Position numbers and translations under genes: made by a program. Below, in pieces: positions 60,152 to 64,000 of a stretch of 64,000 nucleotides of DNA. The notes beneath the pieces are model-generated. The model did not search any database and was not told the DNA's origin. It was given only the letters and a program-made list of their open reading frames with translations. Positions within the stretch are counted from its first letter, which is position 1. Every line of letters begins with the position of its first letter. The stretch is taken from positions 64,001-128,000 of the forward strand of contig CAWDPO010000016.1 of assembly GCA_963804165.1 (NCBI GenBank). The letters are read 5' to 3'. The DNA comes from an uncultured delta proteobacterium. Its GTDB lineage: Bacteria; Desulfobacterota; Binatia; UBA9968.

Positions 60152-61986
60152 ATCTCTATAGAAAATTATTGCTGGCCCAAGCGCCGATCGCCATCGCCCT
60201 AGCGATCGTCGGCATCTTTTCGGCAATTGTGGTGTCCTACCTCGGCTCTCATTCGCAAACCATTTTGAAAGACAATTATCGGAGCGTGCTGGCAGCGCAG
60301 CGGATGAAAGAAACGAGCGAGCGCATGGACAGCGGTGCGCTGTTTATTGTTGCGGGCGAGCGTCAAAAAGGGCTTGAGCAGGCGGAAAAAAATCGCCCGA
60401 TCTTCGAAGCCGAGCTGAAAGTGCAGGAGGGAGATGTCGCGGAGTCGGGCGAGAAGGAGTTTACCGAGGGATTGCGCGCGGCGTGGACCGATTATCAGGC
60501 TAAATTCGCCAAGCTTGAAAAAAGCACCAGCGCGGAAGAAGCGAAGCAACTCTATTTTGCCGAGCTGGAATCGGCCTTTAATAAAGTGAAATCGGCCGCC
60601 GACGAAATCCTGGCGATCAATCAAGACACCATGGTGCGTAAAAGCGACGACGTGCGGCGCACGGCAGAGCGCATGAATGCGATCACCATGACGGTGGCAC
60701 TGACGGCACTAGCGCTAGGTCTCTTCGTCTCGACGTTTCTTACCCGGCGGCTGCTCCAGCCGGTCTCGGCGCTCAGCGAGGCGACGCGCAAAATCGGCGA
60801 GGGCAATTTCGACACGCGCGCCCACGTGCGCGGCAACGACGAGCTGGCGCAGTTGGCACGGGACTTTAATGCGATGGCCGCGCGCTTGGCGGAATACCGC
60901 AAAAGCTCGCTCGGCGACTTGCTCCAGGCGCATTTGAGCATGCAGGCGGCGATCGACAGCCTGCCCGACCCGGTCGCGATTTTTAATATTGACGGCAATC
61001 TCCAGAACGTCAACCATGCGGCGGAAACGCTCATCGGACTGAGAACCGACGGTGGCGTGAAAGAGCCGTTCAAAACTGTCGATGCGGCGACGCGAGCCAT
61101 TCTCGAGCGCATGCGTAGCCACGTGCTCTCGGGCAAAGGCGCGTTTAACCCGAGAGGGTTCGAAGACGCGGTCCAGCTCCCGACTCTGTTGGGCGACCGG
61201 TATTTCCTGCCGCGTGCCACGCCGGTCTATGAAGCGCGCGGCGTGATCATCGGCGCCACTGTGATCTTGCAGGACGTCACCCGGTTGCGCCGCTTCGAAG
61301 AATTGAAAAACGACGTCGTGGCAACCGTCGCGCACGAGTTCCGCACTCCGCTCACGTCTTTGCGCATGGCGGTGCACCTGTGCGCCGAACAGGTCGCCGG
61401 TCCGCTCACGGAAAAGCAAGCCGAACTGATGCACGCGGCGCGCGAAGATTGCGACCGGTTGCAGGCCATGGTCGACGATCTTTTGGATTTGTCGCGAATC
61501 GAATCCGGTCGGGTGGAGATCTATCCGCTACCGACGCCAATCGGAGTGCTCGCCGACACCGTCGTCGAACAATTCAAAACTGAAGCCGAGGCCAAAGGCG
61601 TGCGCCTGAGCACGGAGATCGCAATTCCGGAAGTCAAAGTACTGGCGGATCACGAGCGCGTGGGCCATGTATTTGCCAATCTTGTCGGCAACGCGTTACG
61701 CCACACCCAGCGGGATGGCTCGGTAATCCTGGGTGCGAGCGTCAGTAACGGCGCGGTGCGTTTCACGGTGACGGACACGGGCAAAGGAATTCCAAGGGAA
61801 TACCAGGAGCGAATTTTTGAAAAGTTTTTCCAAGTCCCTGAGAGTGGACCGAAGGGAACCGGTCTGGGTCTTTATATCGCCAAGGAGATCGTGCGCGGTC
61901 ATGGTGGCGACATCGGTGTCGAAAGCGAAGTAGGAAAAGGGAGCATGTTTTGGTTCACGCTGCCGACCAAAGCAAAGACTGTCTAG
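60148..61986 (+). CDS. Sensor histidine kinase (periplasmic four-helix domain, HAMP, PAS, HisKA, HATPase)
   Basis: ATGA overlap with kdpD; ILKDNYRSV, DELAQLARDFN.M, AHEFRTPLTS, NLVGNA, DTGKGI, GTGLGL. Confidence 0.94.
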   Translation: MNLYRKLLLAQAPIAIALAIVGIFSAIVVSYLGSHSQTILKDNYRSVLAAQRMKETSERMDSGALFIVAGERQKGLEQAEKNRPIFEAELKVQEGDVAESGEKEFTEGLRAAWTDYQAKFAKLEKSTSAEEAKQLYFAELESAFNKVKSAADEILAINQDTMVRKSDDVRRTAERMNAITMTVALTALALGLFVSTFLTRRLLQPVSALSEATRKIGEGNFDTRAHVRGNDELAQLARDFNAMAARLAEYRKSSLGDLLQAHLSMQAAIDSLPDPVAIFNIDGNLQNVNHAAETLIGLRTDGGVKEPFKTVDAATRAILERMRSHVLSGKGAFNPRGFEDAVQLPTLLGDRYFLPRATPVYEARGVIIGATVILQDVTRLRRFEELKNDVVATVAHEFRTPLTSLRMAVHLCAEQVAGPLTEKQAELMHAAREDCDRLQAMVDDLLDLSRIESGRVEIYPLPTPIGVLADTVVEQFKTEAEAKGVRLSTEIAIPEVKVLADHERVGHVFANLVGNALRHTQRDGSVILGASVSNGAVRFTVTDTGKGIPREYQERIFEKFFQVPESGPKGTGLGLYIAKEIVRGHGGDIGVESEVGKGSMFWFTLPTKAKTV

Positions 61987-62129
61987 AACTGGGCCACAAG
62001 ACCGCGGCGATCACAAACAACAAATAAAAGAAATTTCGCGAGACAAAGATAGAAACTCTCGTTACCGCCAGAGTAACCGAGAGCTTAAATAGAGTTGTGT
62101 ACGTAGGTGAGACAGATTGGAATGTCCCA

Positions 62130-63968
62130 TTAGTTGCAGATGATCAGATGGCAGTCCCTGGGAAGCCGCTTCATAAGCCCCTTCAGGACGTGGCCGCGGA
62201 GCATGTGATCGAAGGCCGAGCGCTTCGAGGAGCCGATGAGTACGGCATCGACATCGAGTACCTCGGCGGCGTTGGCAATAGCCTCCGCCGCGTTGTGCGA
62301 GACTGTCCAGATCGGAATCATCTCGATCGGTTTTCCACGGACCGCTTGCAGTGCTGCCTTGAGGGTCTCGACTCCTTGTTCATTCGGCCGATGAGGGGTC
62401 GTTCCGGCGAACAGTCCGGGCCATTCCTCGACGTAAATACAGTACAGGGCCGACTCGCCTTTGCCTTTTGCCCGCATGATCCCTTCCTGGATCAGGTGCG
62501 GATTCTCATCACGGAGGGCCAGCAGAGTGGAAGAGGAATAGAACGGCTTGACCTCCACCGCTTCTGCAAGCGTCATGAGCCCCTTCAGCTCATCTTCGAC
62601 AAGATCTTCCGACGCGCGATACGCCCGTGTTTGCAGCCTCTCTATGAACGGAATCTGGGTGAGCCCCTCGATGAACCATCCTCGGCGCACGCCGACCGCC
62701 ACGAGCATCCCGATAAGTGTGACAGTTCCTCCGAAAAGCGTGGCGAGCTCCTTTTCCACGAGGTTGATCCCCCAGGCAACCATCAGCATCAAAGTTGTCA
62801 GCACGCCGACCCAGAAACCAAAATCGCGACGTCCCAACCTCCAACGAATCGCATCCAAGCTCGATGATGAGAAGACAAACGCGCCCAACAGCCCAAAGGC
62901 GTACATATCGCCAAGAAGAATCATGTGGCCGCGGGTGAGCAGAATCAGCAGCACCGGAACCAAGGTTGCGATCAGAACTGCGATATGGGGTGTGTTAAAT
63001 GCGCGGTTACGCAATTCCAGAATTTTCGGTAGAAAGCCTTGGCTCGTGAGCGCCAGAAAAACATGATACGAACCGATGATTGCCGTATTCGATGCGAACA
63101 AGAGAAGGCTCGAAGCGGTTGCCACCACCGCCAGCTTGACGCCGAACCCGCCGACGATAAGGCCCAATTCGGAGATGAAGCGCTCACTTTGCGTTGCCTT
63201 GATCTGATCCGACAAAAGTCCCACCGATAATGCGGTCAGGACCGGTGACGTAATGATCATCGTGATTATGACAGCGGCCATGGCGCGGCGTGTCGTTCGG
63301 CGCAGCGGGTAGCGCATGGCCGGGCTCAGTTGGCTGATACTCTCCAGTCCTGAAAACGCGAGCCAGGCAGCGGAGAATCCAACGAGGAGTTCGTAGGAGG
63401 AAACTTCTTCACGTACACTGAGATGATTCAGGACCGTTTGCCATTGTTCGGCATTCATGATCACGACAGCGATGCCGATCACGACGAGATTGATGAAAAA
63501 CGCTGACAATGCCATCACAAGCGACACTGTAGCGCTTTCCCTAATTCCGATGATGTTGAGCGCGGCAAGGGTTCCCACGCCTACGCAGGCTAGAAGAACG
63601 ATATGAGGGTCGAGAACGGGAAAGGCGCTGCTCAGATATTGAAATCCGGAAACCGAGGAGATCGCCGTGGTAAGGAAATAATCGACGGTAATCAGCATGC
63701 CGCCCAAACAGCCCCACATGGGGCCGAAAGCTTTGGTTGTGATAGTGACGACACCGCCGCCTTCGGGGTTGCGCCACGAGATTTCGATATACTTCAGCGC
63801 GAGAAGGATGAAACCGCCCGTGGTGAGCAGGACAAAAAACGGAGCCGCGTCTTTGACGTGGCCATACAAGATACCCGGCACATAGTAAACGGACGTGCCG
63901 ATATCGCAGAAAACGACGGCCCACGCGAGAAACCAAGTAAGTTGTCTTGTATCGCGAGTCGGACGCAT
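62130..63968 (-). CDS. APC family permease with C-terminal USP-like domain (KimA-like)
   Basis: DIGTSVYY, P.GGG, DYFLT.AIS, AFSGLESI, ASNTAIIG, YAFGL; about 12 TM plus a cytosolic USP-type tail. Start may lie further upstream (63992 or beyond). Confidence 0.85.
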   Translation of the reverse strand: MRPTRDTRQLTWFLAWAVVFCDIGTSVYYVPGILYGHVKDAAPFFVLLTTGGFILLALKYIEISWRNPEGGGVVTITTKAFGPMWGCLGGMLITVDYFLTTAISSVSGFQYLSSAFPVLDPHIVLLACVGVGTLAALNIIGIRESATVSLVMALSAFFINLVVIGIAVVIMNAEQWQTVLNHLSVREEVSSYELLVGFSAAWLAFSGLESISQLSPAMRYPLRRTTRRAMAAVIITMIITSPVLTALSVGLLSDQIKATQSERFISELGLIVGGFGVKLAVVATASSLLLFASNTAIIGSYHVFLALTSQGFLPKILELRNRAFNTPHIAVLIATLVPVLLILLTRGHMILLGDMYAFGLLGAFVFSSSSLDAIRWRLGRRDFGFWVGVLTTLMLMVAWGINLVEKELATLFGGTVTLIGMLVAVGVRRGWFIEGLTQIPFIERLQTRAYRASEDLVEDELKGLMTLAEAVEVKPFYSSSTLLALRDENPHLIQEGIMRAKGKGESALYCIYVEEWPGLFAGTTPHRPNEQGVETLKAALQAVRGKPIEMIPIWTVSHNAAEAIANAAEVLDVDAVLIGSSKRSAFDHMLRGHVLKGLMKRLPRDCHLIICN

Positions 63969-64000
63969 AGGTTTCTTCTTACGAAAGTTCAAAGCTACCA

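Overview
Bacterial chromosomal window, moderately GC-rich. Gene content (several orphan NMT1/SsuA-type substrate-binding proteins, bicupin, VOC proteins, sigma54 regulators) resembles Deltaproteobacteria-like lineages such as Ca. Binatia; this is inference. 0-10.7 kb is an accessory, partly decayed patch: a DUF3800-like RNase H-fold gene with a hairpin cluster at its 3' end, an EEP hydrolase, an SBP plus VOC pair, an ATP-grasp enzyme, an FG-GAP remnant, two RAYT (Y1 transposase) remnants, and a vapBC module between two copies of the moeA promoter/5' end. 10.8-47 kb is mostly housekeeping/metabolic: moeA and moeA-PBP, a sensor kinase, a four-gene Na+-translocating acyl-CoA decarboxylase, plsY, OmpA, mrp-sufT-MEMO1, dehydrogenases, an amidase, GT87, an A1-type cytochrome c oxidase operon, nadX, a TPP enzyme and an MFS transporter. 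47-64 kb holds a fumC remnant, an NtrC-type regulator and a K+ island: sigma54 promoter, micropeptide, kdpFABC, a strongly divergent P-II protein, a porin, a split KdpD sensor with no KdpE in the window, and an APC-USP (KimA-like) transporter. Many genes carry single-base frameshifts, several at homopolymers, which suggests long-read assembly errors. No rRNA, tRNA or CRISPR array was recognised. Best leads: the divergent P-II in the kdp operon, the DUF3800-like gene with a candidate RNA, and the vapBC insertion at moeA.
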